DNA of 63,848 bases, filler included, from Ministeria vibrans ATCC 50519 (GCA_943704425.1; 13 parts of 13 records of this genome joined end to end with filler, not necessarily neighbours in it), one strand, 5' to 3'. Positions 39,126 through 52,807 are shown, counted from the whole stretch's first letter. Program-made: numbers and translations. Notes: generated by a model not told the origin, from the letters alone.

Positions 39126-39273
39126 GCTGAGCCCTTCATCATTAAGACTACCAAATAAACAAACGTGTACAGAAATACAAATGACACAACAAAAAAAAAG
39201 AGAGAGAGAGTGAGAGAGAGAGAGTGAGTGAGAGTGAGTGAGAGAGAGAGAAAGGAGGGAGAAAGAAACAAAG

Positions 39274-39346
<73 letters not shown>

Positions 39347-39347
39347 A

Positions 39348-41628
39348 TTAAGCGCGCAAAGCCCAGGTGCGCACAATGGCATCGTCGCCAGCAGACGCAA
39401 GCAACCCCTGCTCGTGGCACCACGCCGTCCCGTACGCAGCACCCTCGTGCCCACGCAGTCGCTGCACCACATCGCCACTGTCAATCGACCAGATGTGCAC
39501 TACTCCATCCTACACGCAAAGAAAGAAACAAGGAAACAAAGAAAAGAAACAAAGAAACAAACAAAGAGAGAAAGAAACAGAGAAAAAAAACACAAAGTCG
39601 TTAAAACCTTTGCGTGGTTTAGGGGAGAGGGAGGGATACCTCTGAGCCACTGGAGACCATTGAGGACGTCGGTCCAAACGATGCACGCACAAAGTTCTTT
39701 GACACGTTGACATGACCGCGAAAGCGCCGCACAACGCGCGTCTAACACACAACGCAAGGCTGTCAGTCGTGTGGCTCTTTCTTTCATATTTTGTACCATT
39801 CGCAGGTCCCACAGCCGGTGGGAGTTGTCCTTGGTCGCAACCAGAAGCTGAGAGTTTGCAGGATTGGTCGCCACCGAGGTCACCTCGCCATGGCGCGCGT
39901 CGAGTGTGCGTACACAGACGCCGCTGACGACGTCCCAGAAGCGCACCGTATTGTCTTTGCTGCCCGTCACCACCAGATTACCATGAGTGTTGAAAGCAAC
40001 TGAGGTTACGCCGAGGGCATGGCCACAGAAAGAGTCTACCAGCTGACCCGTCTGCATGTCAAACAGGCGCACCACCTTGTCGTAGCCGGCCGTGACGGCG
40101 TGCGTCTCTGCCGGATGCACCGCCACGGTGTACACATCGCCGTCGTGGCCCACGAGCGTCGCACTGCTCTCTACACTCTCAAAGCGCTGTCTTTGACCTT
40201 GACCTTGCCCTTCTTTCTCCTCGTCATCGTCGCCCATCTCGCGCTGCTCCAGCGCAGATTTCACATTCCAAATCTTGACAGTTGCGTCGGCGCTGGCCGT
40301 CACACACACAGTGCCACTGCGCTGGCCACTGGCAACGCTCCACACGCGTCGCTGATGCTCGTCCAGCACAAGGGCACAGCGTGCGCGCTCCACATCCCAC
40401 ACTCGTACGGTCGAATCGCTCGAACAGCTCGCCAGCAACTTGCCCTGATCGCCAAGAAAAGTTACGAGCTTCACATTCGACGTGTGGCCGTCAAACACGT
40501 CGCGACAGGCATTCGGCACAGCACTGACTGTGTAATCCTCCAGCAGTGTTTCAATGTGAGGCGCAGTCGGCGGGTGGTACCGGCTAAACTCCAACTGGTA
40601 GTTGAGAGCCTGTCGCACCAAATGCAGCAAGCGACCCGACGGAACCTATCGCGAAAGGGAGGGGAGTGTATAACAATAATACTATGTGGAGTCGCAGCTT
40701 ACGGGCGAGTCGTTTTCTGGCAGCGAACCATCAACGGTAGCACCGTCGGATGGGTGCCACGACACCAGGTTGGCACACAGGTGGGCAAGCTTCTCACGCT
40801 CCGCAGCAACACTTGTCCACGAGCGAAAAGACGCCACATCTCCAACCGAGCCCGACGTCAAGAGGTAGCACAGATCGCGAAATTCATCTGCACTCGCCTA
40901 GACAATACACAAAATGCATAATCGATTACGCTTGTTTCTGGTGCTCTCTCTTTCTTTCTTCCTTCTCCATCACTTTGATTCTCTCTCTCTCTCTATCACT
41001 TGAATTTTCTCTCTCTCTATCACTTTGATTTTCTCTCTTTCTGTCTGTCTTTCTTTCTCTCCTATAGGACGTGTGTCACGGTATACCTCCTTCTCAAGGG
41101 GCTTTAAGCGACGCGTGAGATGTGTAAAGGCCTTTTGGCGCTCGTTGTGCGCAATGAACTCAAGGAAGCGCGTCCGCTGCACTGCATACTGGAAACTGCG
41201 CTGCGACTGAAACAGCGGCATGGCGAGCATCTTCTCGACGTCTGGCCAGTTTCCATCTACAAGGGGAGAGGGGAGTCGTCAGTGGCAAGCACGCACGCGC
41301 GCACCACGCCTGGAGCCCGTACGGAGGACCGACTTGCGCATTCGCCGGATTGTTGACTGGTCGTCCGAGCGACTCTGCAGCCGTACGTTGGCCTCGTCCT
41401 GCAGTATGGACGCCGAGGCAACAAGGCCTTGCTCTTGCAGGAACTGTACAATGATTCGAATGAGGTCCTACACACGAGAACAATCCGCTGGTGGTAAACA
41501 AAATCGCAACGTTTTCTCGCAGTGAAAAATCGTACTTTCGATACTGTTTTCAAATCAAAGTCGACATCAAACGACTTTCGGAGCCCATTCACTCGGGCGG
41601 GAGTCGAAGCCGTCTCTTCGACGCTCAT
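39348..41628 (-). CDS. LisH-CTLH-WD40 repeat protein, multi-exon
   Basis: LisH DLIRIIVQFLQEQGL..LQDEA, CTLH GNWPDVE..FLEFI, multiple GH..WD repeats. Confidence 0.88.
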
Positions 41629-41795
41629 TGTTCCGAATGACTGAGGAAATTAAAGAACAAAAGTCAAAAATTAATGAAGTTTCAACTTTCAATCTGTTAA
41701 AATTCCGAATGAATAATACGTGATTTATCTATTAAATTTTTTGACATAATATAAAATAATATAAATAAATAAATAAATAAAATAATCAATAAGCT

Positions 41796-44700
41796 CTACT
41801 GGAAACGCTGAAGGGGAGAGAGTCCAACGGGCGAGACAGCATCGCAATTGTCAATGGACTTGTCGATCCAGTCCATGGTGACGAGAAAGGTTGACGGTAG
41901 ACCCGCCTGACTGCGAAAGATATCAAGACGTGACAGGTCGGCTGGGTCCATGACAACATGGGTGGTCACGCCGCGCACAAAGGTGTCACAGACACACCCA
42001 CCGCGCGTCTGAAACTTGCACATCTTGACGAAGAGCGGCGAGTCGGGGAGACGCGATGTGGTGTCGCCCACGATGGCATACATGTCAAAGTAGCAGTGAC
42101 ACTGGCGAAAGGTGGCAATAGTACGCAGTGCAAAAATGTTCTGGGAGGCACACTCGTCAATCTCAAGAATGGTCTCGTTGTGGCAGTTGTCTTCAGCATA
42201 ATCGTGAACGCTGCTCAGCGTGTCCGGAGGTGGTGTCTGGACGCGAGGGTTGGCATCAAACGCAAGCGTCTTTGGGGCAGCGGCGGTGGACGAGGAGCTG
42301 GGAGTGATAGTGGTGGTGGTGCTTCCTGGCTCCGAGAATGACGTCAGAGAGTTAAGTGAGCCAATGGAGAAAGAAGAAGGGGGAAAGGCCAGAGTGGAAG
42401 AAGTCGGCGAGGAAGAAGAGGTGGTCGCAGCAGCAATAGCGGCGGTGGCTGCGGCGACAACACCGCCATTCATTCGTAAAACACATTCGCGCAGCGCACG
42501 TCCCGTCACAGGCTCGGTGTAGCTATCGTCGTACTTGTCGTACGACTGGGTGAAGTGCAACTGCCGAAACTCTTCGGTGCAGTAGAGGATATGTTCAGGA
42601 CGGACGGGCACCATGATGCCCGCACGCACACAGTCGATAAGGTAGCTCAAGCGGTAGACACAACCCAGTTTCTCGGCAACTTGGCGCACCTTTTGTGACA
42701 TGCGTGCCGAGATGGCGTGCGTCGTCGATTTCATTTGGTTCACCACGACTGTCCCGCCGTGTTGCGCTATCAGCCGTTGGCCCACGTCCGGTGTAATCTT
42801 TTTGCGCGCGCCTTCGTCGTCGGAGTCGTCGTCGTCGTTGACACCGCCGCCGTTGCAATGCTCTTCGATAGAAGGGTACAGGTCGGGGCGCTCCCAGTGA
42901 ATCGGGTAGAACACTTTGTTGACAAAGAGCTCACTTTCACGTTGCACTCCGCTCACGTCCAGCTTTCTATTAAACACATCCGTTTTGCGGCGCAACTGTG
43001 TTTCGCGGCGCGGTCGTTTGCCCTTGGTCGTGAACGAGCCACGCTCGCGATCTTGATTGATCAACCCAACACGACGCAACTCTTCCACATCCGCCAGTGT
43101 CATACAGTCCCTCCAGCTCTTGTCGGTGCGCACCTTGATGGCACGCGGAAATCGCACGGTCACGGCCGTACTAAACTTCTTCGTCTGCATCACCGAGCCT
43201 GCCTTGATCTGCAGTACCACACTGTTCTGCGGCTCAATAAACAGCTTTGGCTAAGAGTTTAAAAAAGTTTAATACACGCGTATTGGTCAAGGAACCCCCC
43301 CTCCCAATCAACGTTATTCCTCGTACTGCAACTCAAAACAACCCAACTTCTTACCAGTTCGCTCTTTCCTCCTTCCACCGACAACCAATCGGGCACGGTA
43401 CGCACCCAGTGCGACTTAAACGACTCGTTCAATTCCCTGACCTCTCGCCACAAGAGTCCAGAACCGACCTAGTCAGGCACAAGGAAGAATTAGAATAAGA
43501 AGAACCAAGGGGAGACTCGGGTTTTCTTCACAACGTATACCTTGCAAAAAGTATGAAAGTGTGGCTTGCCATCGGCACTATCGTGACCTCGAACGGCCAA
43601 CAAAAAGTGAGTCAATTGACCGCCGCGACGGGAGCTTTCGGTGGGGAAACCGCCGACAACGAGAAGGTCGAGCTCGCGCTGAAAGTTGTCAATATGTTCC
43701 GCTTTGATCTTGTACCAGCCGTCATTGAGACGTCCACCAGGCACGTAGCGTGAGAGAGGCGACTTGACGACAATGCCCTCTTCGCCTGTGTCAATGTGCT
43801 CATTCATGAGGGCCACCAGGTCCGCTTCGCTGCGAGCCTCTTGCAAACGCGACAGTGACAAAATGCCCGACTTTTCGATCACAATTTGTTTCAGCAACTG
43901 ACGACGCTCGCGCAACGGCATCCCTATAGTGTCCTTTCCATTGAGACTGATCACATCAAACACAATAAAACACGGATGGATCTCGTCCGAGCCAATGTTG
44001 CGAAATTTGCGCGCGTTAGGCATAACGTCGCTCACGTGAATGCCAAAGACGGGCGCCTCCGCCTCGGGTGACCAACTCATCATTTCGCCATCAATGATCA
44101 CATCACGTACGCTTTCCTTGAAGCACTCGTGCAATAGTCGCGTAAACTGCGGTCCCTTGTCGTCGCTCAACGAACCCATGTCGCTTGTGACCTCCTTGGG
44201 CGCACGCGTGAAGTAGCGGTACTGGTCGCCCTGCTTGTGCATCTGAATGCGCACGCCGTCGTACTTTGTCTCGACAAACACCCGTCCAGTCTCGTCACAC
44301 GACGTCTCCAGCATTTTCTTGATCGTCATGTCCGTCAGTCGTTGGCCCATCATGGGTCGGACAAAATCGAACACAACGCACGTCGTCGTCTCTAATGCCT
44401 ATTGTTGTTGTTTAATACTATTTTTATGTATTATTTTGTTTGTCTTGTAGTGTCATTGCTTACGATGTTGGGATCGCGGAGCTCCTCGCACACCTTCTTG
44501 AGGTCCGAGCACTTATTCCAGCGCTCGTATGCCTGCGGATGAACGGCAGAGAAGAAAACTTTTTCGCCACCGATACTCTGATGTTTCTTGAGGATGAGCG
44601 ATGCAAACCACTTGATCTCAAGGCCCGTCATTTTTTGTGCAAGCACACGGAAGACCGAATCGCGCAACTGAGCACCGTCGGTGCCCTTGAGGCCGCTGGC

Positions 44701-45314
44701 ACGATGCAGACTGTCCAACTGACAGTTGAGCTCGGCGACACTCAGCTTGGGCGTGGTCGTTTGAGCGTAGCCCTGCAACACGTCCACCATGACCGTCTGG
44801 AAGTCGCCACTCATTCCCTTGTTCAATGCTGCCTCCTTCCAGTGGATCAGTCGCTGCGCGTCCGTCGAATCCTTTCCAATGCCAAAATGCTTAATCATTT
44901 GCTGTGCAAGACAAACGAGTTAAGTGTTACCATTGTCAAACCATTTCAAGACAGAACATCAAATACGGTTGGAGCAGATAAAGCCCACCGTATACCATGC
45001 CATACCTCGGCGAGCTTGGCTTCCTTCAGGCCGTAGACGCGCGCCCCGTCAAGATCAGGACGCATTAAACGCAGAATGGGATACAGCGACTCCCCGTCCG
45101 ATTTCCACTTGCCGCGGTACTTTCCAAAGAACTCGCTAATCAGCGTGTCCATGCCCCCCTTGTTGCGCTTGGATTTGCTCTTGTCTAAGGCCCTCTTTTA
45201 GTGTGTTTGATCAGTGCGCTAGTTCAACCCACCTCGTCCAGATTTGCTCCGTAACTTTTCCAGTAGAACACACACGTCGTAAAAGACGGTGTCCTCGGCA
45301 GCGGACTCGGCCAT
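41796..45314 (-). CDS. LIG4: DNA ligase IV, multi-exon
   Basis: YGLKEAKLA, ETKYDGVRIQMHK, IIDGEM, EEGIVVK, WYKIK, VRFPR, two BRCT domains with an XRCC4-binding linker YDKYDDSY. Confidence 0.96.
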
Positions 45315-45441
45315 TACCAAGCAGCTCAGAGGAAAAGAAAGAAACAAAAATTGAGTATTTGAGTTTGACTTTTGACTTTTGAGTTTTGAGTATTTTTTTT
45401 TCCTTTACCAGCAGTTGCATTTTTGTTGTGCGTTCGTCAAT

Positions 45442-46119
45442 ATGTCGTTATTGAGATTGAGTTCGCTTGTTCGGAGAAGTGCTGGAATGGTAAAAAAAAN
45501 NNNNNNNNNAAAAAAAAAAAACGAAAGAAATAGAGAAAGAGAGAAAGAAGGACAGACGTTGCATCTGTGTGGACGACTTGTCGCACACACACCATGGCAC
45601 TTGTGTGTGACATGAGTGGCGGAACAAAGCGTCTGCTCGCGTCCATCCAAGTGAGTTTTTGATGAATTTAACATTTTTTTTCTCTGGTAGACGCTGGAAC
45701 GGACGAGTCGCTTGGTTGTTGCGCGCCAGATGAGCTTCTCGAGTGGAGAATATGATAAGAAGGAGTATGACGAGGAGGGCAACGAGTATACGTCGGGCCC
45801 CACTCTCATGTCAATGGTACGTACTTCTCACTTATTGTTATACGAAATTATTACCTGTCCGACAATTTGACTTTTCTTTTTTCTCTTTTTTGTCTTCTCC
45901 TAGCGAACTGGTGGGCACGGCTGGCAAGTGCCTTACTTTACTACAGTCATCGTTTGCGCAGCAATGTTCATCTTCACCAAAATGTACAGACCCGAGGATC
46001 GCCTTACCACGTACGCCATCAAGGAGTCTGTGCGTGCCCGCAAATGGGAGCTTGCCGAGCGAGCACGCACGAAGAAGGAGGGGGCGGCCGCATCGTCAAC
46101 TGAAGAAGCTGAAGCTTGA
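45442..46119 (+). CDS. NDUFB11: Probable complex I accessory subunit ESSS/NDUFB11, 3 exons
   Basis: Mitochondrial presequence-like MSLLRLSSLVRRSAG; WQVPYF-TM-YRPEDRLTTYAIKE pattern. Confidence 0.6.
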
Positions 46120-46458
46120 GATTGCTTCAAATTCGATTGAGTAGTAAAGAACTCTCTGGTTGTATTTTTGTCAAAACAATTGTTCTAATCTTTTGAGTGT
46201 CTCAATGGAGTGTATGGACCATCTCCGACACTTCCGTCTGGGAGTCTACGTGTTCATTTTCTTGTTCTGGCAATGGGTACATCGCTATTTTTTTTTACGA
46301 AGAGTATGTTCCACAAGAATGAGAAATGAGCCAAGCAATTGTTCGGTCAACGGTCAAGTCCACTCAAGTTACTTACTTCTTAATCAATTAACAATTTTCG
46401 TTCTGGTATTCACGTTTCACCCTCGCGACAGCCACTCCCATCGCGTCTCGCTGCCTTG

Positions 46459-48575
46459 ATGAACCCCGCCGACGTCCGAGCGGCCCCTGACGAGACGGTT
46501 GTCTTTGACGACCGTCTGCCCCTGCGCATTGCCGCCGCCTCTGCGCCCTCCACTGCCCCCGACCACCATCGCACTCTTCACCTCTTTGTTGCTATGCGCA
46601 CTATCACTGCCCCTATCCACAAAAAGGTACCTACAAAAAATGGCGGTTGTTTCGTTTTTTTTTTTTTTTGAAATTTGTCTTTCTTCGCTCTCGTCGTGTT
46701 TCAGGTCCTTCTCGTACGCCTCACCGACGACAGTGATCCGTACTTCCTGTATACCATGGAGATGGGCGACGAGGACTTTGGTTCGCTGAAAAACGACCAG
46801 TCGTTGTTGGTGGACTTTGCAGACTTTGCCTCGCATGTTGGCACGCTGGCGTCGCACGCCCTCGCCGAGTCGCGCAATGCCGCCCCCAGATACCTGCTTC
46901 AACTTTCTATGGTGCCCACCGGTTCGCTTGCACCGTCGACACTCAGCTTTGTCGAAACCAACACATTCAAGTACCTCACCCACTTGGCGCTGCGTCTGGT
47001 CGCCGGCTCGGACGCCGCCGTCAAGCACTACCTTGCAGATTGTTTGCGTGCCGCTCGCAAACAATGCACACATCTCTCGGCAGACCTCAATCAGAGCCGC
47101 CAAGACCTGGGCTCACGCGTCGACTCCCTTGAGCGTGCCCTTGCCGATCGCACCGCCACCCTCGACCGTCTCCATGCCGAACACTCGGCGTCCATTGCCG
47201 AACTGAAAATGAGTCATGCCAACGAAGCGAACGAGATGCGCGAAAGTATGGCTCGCGAACGTTCAATGCTTCAGGCGCAACTCGACACCGAACGTGCCTC
47301 GATAGAGGCGCGGTGTGCCTCTCGCTGTGCCGTCGCCGAAGAACGTGCCAATTCTTTGGATGCGCGTGTCAACGTACTCACACGCGATAACTTCTCGCTT
47401 GAGACCCGCCTACGCGAGTGTGACACGTCCTTGAAGCGTGCAACGGAGCAGAATACATCACTGGAGACGCGTGCAGGTGAGTTGGACGCGCGTGTGCTGC
47501 AGCTTGATGCGTTGCGCCTCACGCTCGAACGTGACCTGGGCGAACGCAATGTGCGCATTGCGGCTCTCGAGCAAGAGGTGAAAGACAAAGAGTCTTCGGC
47601 AGCTCGTGTGCAACAGTTGCTTGACGCAGCGGGCGAGAGCAAAGATCGCGGAGATCATCTGGTGGCGGGCTGTCAACGCGAACTTACCCGACTCGAGACC
47701 GAGCTGAGTGCCAGCCAGGCAGACGTCGCCAAGGCCAACACCATCATTGCCAAACTCCAAAGCCAAATGCTCGCAACCCGTGACAAGCTTAAGCAGCGCA
47801 ATGTTGTCACGTTGCAGCAGGAGAAGCTCCTCAACGAACGAATCGCGTCCATCGACTCACTCAAACTCAAACTTGACACAGCCCTCGAGGAGGCCCGCCT
47901 TGCCACCGCAAAGGCCACCGTACGTCAATATTACGTTTTTTTTTTCTTTATTATTAATAATAATCATTTCGATTGGTACTCATGCGTCTTACTTTTTGTT
48001 TTTATTACATTGTTGTTCGTAGACATTGGAGGCACGCGTTGAAGAGAGTCGTGCAGTGATCAAGACAAACGAAAATGTGATTGCCTGGCTCAACAAACAG
48101 CTGGGTGGAAGTACAGGCGCACTGCCCGTCCTCTCTTCGTTGCCTCTCTCCAAACCATCTCTCTCCTATCAACCCCAGCAACACCTTTCGGTACCCACAA
48201 AAAGTGACTATCTGTATCAATTTTCTCGTTCACACCTTTGCTCTTTTTCTCCACTTTCTCTCTCTCTCTCTCTATCTTATCTCTTTTACCCCTCCCCTTT
48301 TTGTTTCTTAGACTGCGCCTCGTTCGCTCAGCTCGGCCGTAACCGCCTCTCTTGCAACCCCGCACCAACCGCGATCCTCCCCCAAATCTCTCTCGCCCGA
48401 ATCCGCCTATTCCACTGCTGCGTCTGCCGCCTCCACCGACGACATTCCTATGCTCTACCAGCGCCCATCAAAGTCTTTTGTCCCGACCGCCTCCACTGCT
48501 CATGGTCCACGTCAACCCTTGGCCGATCGTACCCTCTTCAATGTCCAGCCACCTCATCCGCAACAGTCGAAATAA
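46459..48575 (+). CDS. SASS6: Centriole cartwheel protein SAS-6, 4 exons
   Basis: LTDDSDPYFLY..DFGSLKNDQSLLVDFADF (PISA), VETNTFKYLTHL, long coiled coil, NENVIAWLNKQL. Confidence 0.96.
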
Positions 48576-48596
48576 AAATATAATAAATTATTTTTT

Positions 48597-49790
48597 TCAC
48601 TTCTTCTCTCTCTTCTTCTCGGCCTCCTTGCAAATCACATCGACAATCTTGGTTGCGGCAGTGCCGTCGCCAAACGGATAGGCAAGACGCGACATTTGCG
48701 CAAAGAGCGCCGAGTCCGTGAGAAGGGCAGTCGTCTCTCGCACAATGTCCGCCTGAGCTGTGCCAATGAGCTTGCACACGCCCGCGTCCACTCCTTCCGG
48801 TCGCTCAGTCGTGTCGCGCAGCACCAACGTCGGCTTCCCCAGTGCTGTCACTTCCTCCTGGATACCACCCGAGTCGGTAAGCACCATCGTGGTAAAGCGC
48901 AGCATATGCACAAACTGGTCGTACTCGAGGGGCTCAAGCAGGTGCACGCGCGCGTGATTGCCGAGCGTTGCATGCACCGGCTCCTTCACACGCGGGTTCA
49001 TGTGGACCGGGTACCAGAAATGAACAAGCGGAAAGGCGTCACACAGCGTCAGCACGGCCGCGCAAATGTTGGCAATGCCCTCGCCGTGGTTCTCTCGACG
49101 ATGCGCCGTAAGCAGAATGTGCACGGGCTCCTCGTCGGCCGCGTGCATGCTCTTCACCGCCTTCATGCCCTCCACCAGTCGAGCAGCCGCCTCGCCGGGC
49201 TCCTGGTTGCCCACGCGAATCACTGCGTCGATCACGGGGTTGCCCGTCACAATGATGGTGTCGCTTGGAATGTGCTCACGCAAGAGCGCGTCCCGACTGT
49301 ACTCTGTCGGCGCAAAATGCAAACTGCCCACCACGCTCACAATGCGACGATTGACCTCTTCAGGGAACGGACTCCACTTGTCGCCGGTGCGCAGACCGGC
49401 TTCAACGTGTCCCACGGGCACTTGTGCATAGAACGCGCACATGCTGGCAATCATGGCGCTCGTCGTGTCGCCCTGCACCAAAACCAGATCGGGCTTGGTA
49501 GCGTCGAGCACGGGAGCGAGTGCCGTGAAAACTCGCGCTGACAGTGACGCCAACGTCTGTCCCTGCGTCATCAAGTTGAGGTCCGAGTCAACGTGGATCT
49601 CAAACATCGCCAACAGCGGATCGATCATCTGCCGATGCTGGCCCGTCACGCACACAATCGACTGCACTGCGTCCTCGTCGAGCCCATCGAGTGCCTTGAG
49701 AATCGGGTACATCTTGATCACCTCGGGGCGTGTTCCAAACACCGACAGCACTCGAAAGGCTCCAGGATGCGCGTCTAGTCTGCTCTGCAT
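48597..49790 (-). CDS. wecB: Non-hydrolysing UDP-GlcNAc 2-epimerase, bacterial type, intronless
   Basis: FGTRPEVIKM, TGQHRQM, VQGDTTS, HVEAGLRT, SPFPEEVNR, TAHRREN, TDSGGIQEE, RDTTERPEG, PFGDG. Confidence 0.96.
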   Translation of the reverse strand: MQSRLDAHPGAFRVLSVFGTRPEVIKMYPILKALDGLDEDAVQSIVCVTGQHRQMIDPLLAMFEIHVDSDLNLMTQGQTLASLSARVFTALAPVLDATKPDLVLVQGDTTSAMIASMCAFYAQVPVGHVEAGLRTGDKWSPFPEEVNRRIVSVVGSLHFAPTEYSRDALLREHIPSDTIIVTGNPVIDAVIRVGNQEPGEAAARLVEGMKAVKSMHAADEEPVHILLTAHRRENHGEGIANICAAVLTLCDAFPLVHFWYPVHMNPRVKEPVHATLGNHARVHLLEPLEYDQFVHMLRFTTMVLTDSGGIQEEVTALGKPTLVLRDTTERPEGVDAGVCKLIGTAQADIVRETTALLTDSALFAQMSRLAYPFGDGTAATKIVDVICKEAEKKREKK

Positions 49791-49949
49791 TCTAAACAAA
49801 CGGCTTTTAGACGAGACGCTGAATTTGGTCGCTCGTCTGTTTGCTCTGCNNNNNNNNNNNNNNNNNNNNNNNNNNNNNNNNNNNNNNNNNNNNTTAATTA
49901 ATTAANNNNNNNNNNNNNNNNNNNNNNNNNNNNNNNNNNNNNNNNNNNN

Positions 49950-50360
49950 GAAGCTCGATTGCGCCCCTGCATCACGTCCGCCTCGCTCATCAGCGTCGTT
50001 TCATGCACCAATTCGCATAAGGAGTCGCGCGATCGCCCCGCAAACATTGAGACGGTGGCACTGCCGGCATTGACAATGTCGACAGCATCGAACGGCGCGT
50101 CGCACTTGAGTAGAATCCAATGTCTGCGAACACACACCAACGAGACGAAACATGAACCATCGCCAACTCAACACACTGGCCACGACTTACTCTGACGCGC
50201 CCGCCGCTCCCTTCCAAGCGCAAGGGCCCTGGAACAAGACAACACACAATTCATCAGTGTCAAATACAAGTGCGAACCCGAATGGATGTTGTACGGGGGC
50301 GAGCACATTGTGTCGATCGCAGCCTGGCACTTCGCTGCTGCAGTCAATGATTTCTAACAT
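49950..50360 (-). CDS. 5' part of a hypothetical protein
   Basis: ATG at 50360, open exon, in-frame intron (~50129-50190), runs off the contig. Confidence 0.45.
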
Positions 50361-50488
50361 GCAACGTAGTGATTGAAAAGCTCAAAAAAAAAATGATTCA
50401 ACCAATCGACCAAAGATAGGTTACGATTTCTGTCTTGTTGTCACAATAGTTGCGAACGCGATCAAATTTTATTGTACAATAGTATTAA

Positions 50489-50989
50489 TTATGAAGATGG
50501 GACAGCATGACCAAGTCGTATGTTCTCGAGCTTGTCACAACTTGGGGTCTGCATCGCATGCGCGCGTGCCAGACCCGCCTCGTCTCCCTGCATACGCGCT
50601 GTTTTGACCGTCCGTTGACGCACCAACTTCTCGTGTCGACACTACATACAAATGGGGGGACGCTGAGTCTCTCTCCATCTCTCATAACGACTGTTTTACC
50701 TGTTTCCCTAAGTATGTTATATACCTCCGATCCACCTAAGAGCGAACACAAACAAAGATGAGAGGCGCCACCATAGACAAAAACGAATACCTCCGCTTCA
50801 GTTTGTCTGCGGAAGTAGGTATCACGCGAGAGCTGAGTGTTCGTCTGGCGGGTGACATAGTATTCAACTCCACTGGCAGTGCGCCGAAGGGTCTCATAGC
50901 CACCGTGACGTTGCAGTGAGAAAGTCTGACAATAATGTCCATAGAGAAAGGTGTGTAAAAGAAAAAGAGTCAATCAGAAAAACAAACAA

Positions 50990-51020
<31 letters not shown>

Positions 51021-52421
51021 AGACAGACAGACAGACAGACATACAGACAGACAAGAGTAAAACAAAAAGAAAGAAAAAAAAATAATTGACATAGTGATAG
51101 ATCACAAATATACCTCTTCGGTGGCAGAGGAGGAAAAGAGAACAAGAGCAAACCTACGAGTCAACAGTACGTATGAGCAAAAATAAATCGCATTTGAGTG
51201 GTGTGTGTGTGTGTACAAGAGAAGGGGCAGCGCCTGGAAGAGAAAAAAGCGGATGGCGCCCGACTGCTCGTGCTTGCGACGGGCGTCGTCCTGTGCGCGA
51301 CGCACAGCCTCCTGCTCGGCACGGGACATGTTCGCGTACGGCGAAGTGCGTTGCTGTGAGCGAAAACGCTGTTGTGGCTCTCCCTGGCGAAAAGGCGGTG
51401 TTCCCGCCCGCGCAAAGCCACGACGGACTCCTCCGCCGCCAAACAGCAGGTTAATGAGGTCCTCTAGGTGCTCTTCTTGGTGTCCCCCACCCCCACCGCC
51501 GCCGCCAAACGGATTAAACTGTCGCGCACGCGACGCTGCGGCGGCCGCTGCTGCAGACGCACTCTCATCGTCGTCACCCGTCACGTCGTACCGCCGGCGC
51601 AGCTGTGGATCCCTATAGTGCAGACACATTCAACTTTTACAACAATTCTCGCAGCTGGCATTACCCAAGAATCGCCACGGCTTTGCTAATCTTCTTAAAT
51701 ACATCTTCGGCACCGACCTCCTTGTTTTTGTCCGGATGGAATTGCAATGCCATCTAAAAATGCACACAAAATGAAGAGTGTCAGTGCCATCCAACCTCCC
51801 TTCCTTCTTACCTTCTTGTACGCCTTTTTAATCTCCGCCTCGGTCGCATCCTGCTTGACAGAGAGCACCTCATAGTGCGAGCGACATCGAAGGATGCGGA
51901 TGATCTTCGCGTCGGTGGGCTTGGCTGCCTTTGCGGGTGCGGGCGCAGAAGTCGTCCGTGTCGAGGTCGACGCACTTGCCGAGGGCCCTGCGCCATTCGC
52001 CTGTGTGCGCCGCCGGTACGCATCCGACGACGTTGACGATGTCGATGGTCCTGAAGTCTTCCCGGACGCGGCGTCACGCTGTTTTCTCTGAGCGGGAAAA
52101 GACGACGTGGAACGAGAGAACACGAGCGAGCGCAAGAGAAAAAAAAAAAAAAAAAGACGATTTGTGAGATGTGAAGTGAGTGAGTGCGCTGAATGAAGGC
52201 GATGGAGGAGACGCCTGCACTCTCTGTCGGACCCAAACAACCCTGGCCCATTCCTCCAAGACACGTACCTTTGCGGCAAGCTTGGTCAGGCAGATACGGG
52301 CCGAGTCCATCGAGTGAAGCTGAAGGCTCTTCTTCAACAATCGCTCGGCCTTGTCCAAATCACCCCGCTCCATTGCTTGCTCAGCAATCTCAATACATCG
52401 CAGCGCCTCGTCTTTGTTCAT
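50489..52421 (-). CDS. DNAJB12: DnaJ subfamily B member 12/14-like (J domain, TM, DUF1977-like)
   Basis: MNKDEALRCIEIA, HYEVLSV..IKKAYKKMALQFHPDKN, GVEYYV, C-terminal TPSCDKL. Confidence 0.9.
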
Positions 52422-52564
52422 GGCGATCCAACCTCCAAACTGCAATAACTCAATTGAGAAATGAATCAGAAATCAGAAAATGACAAATGATTTTGAGATG
52501 GTTTATTGTATTTACTATTAATTTGTATTATTGTAATAACTTTTTAACTTTTATTTTTTCTGTC

Positions 52565-52807
52565 ATGTCTCAAGACAACATCCTTGGGCAGCTGATCAAC
52601 AGCATCATCGAGGTGCGCCTCAATTTGGTTTCGTCACAGCAAAACTCTTACTTCGTCGCGATTTCGCCTCGGTTTCGCTTTTTCTCCTTTCCGTCGCTTA
52701 GGCTCGCGAACGCTGCCCAACCTCGCAGGAGTTCATTGCGGCCGTTGTCCCAGGGTGCACCGTGCAAATTCCTGCTCTTCTTTCCGCTCATCTCGCTCAA
52801 AACAAAG
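52565..52807 (+). CDS. 5' exons of a hypothetical protein (MSQDNILGQLINSIIE..)
   Basis: ATG after an AT-rich divergent spacer; two exons with GT-AG boundaries. Confidence 0.45.
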
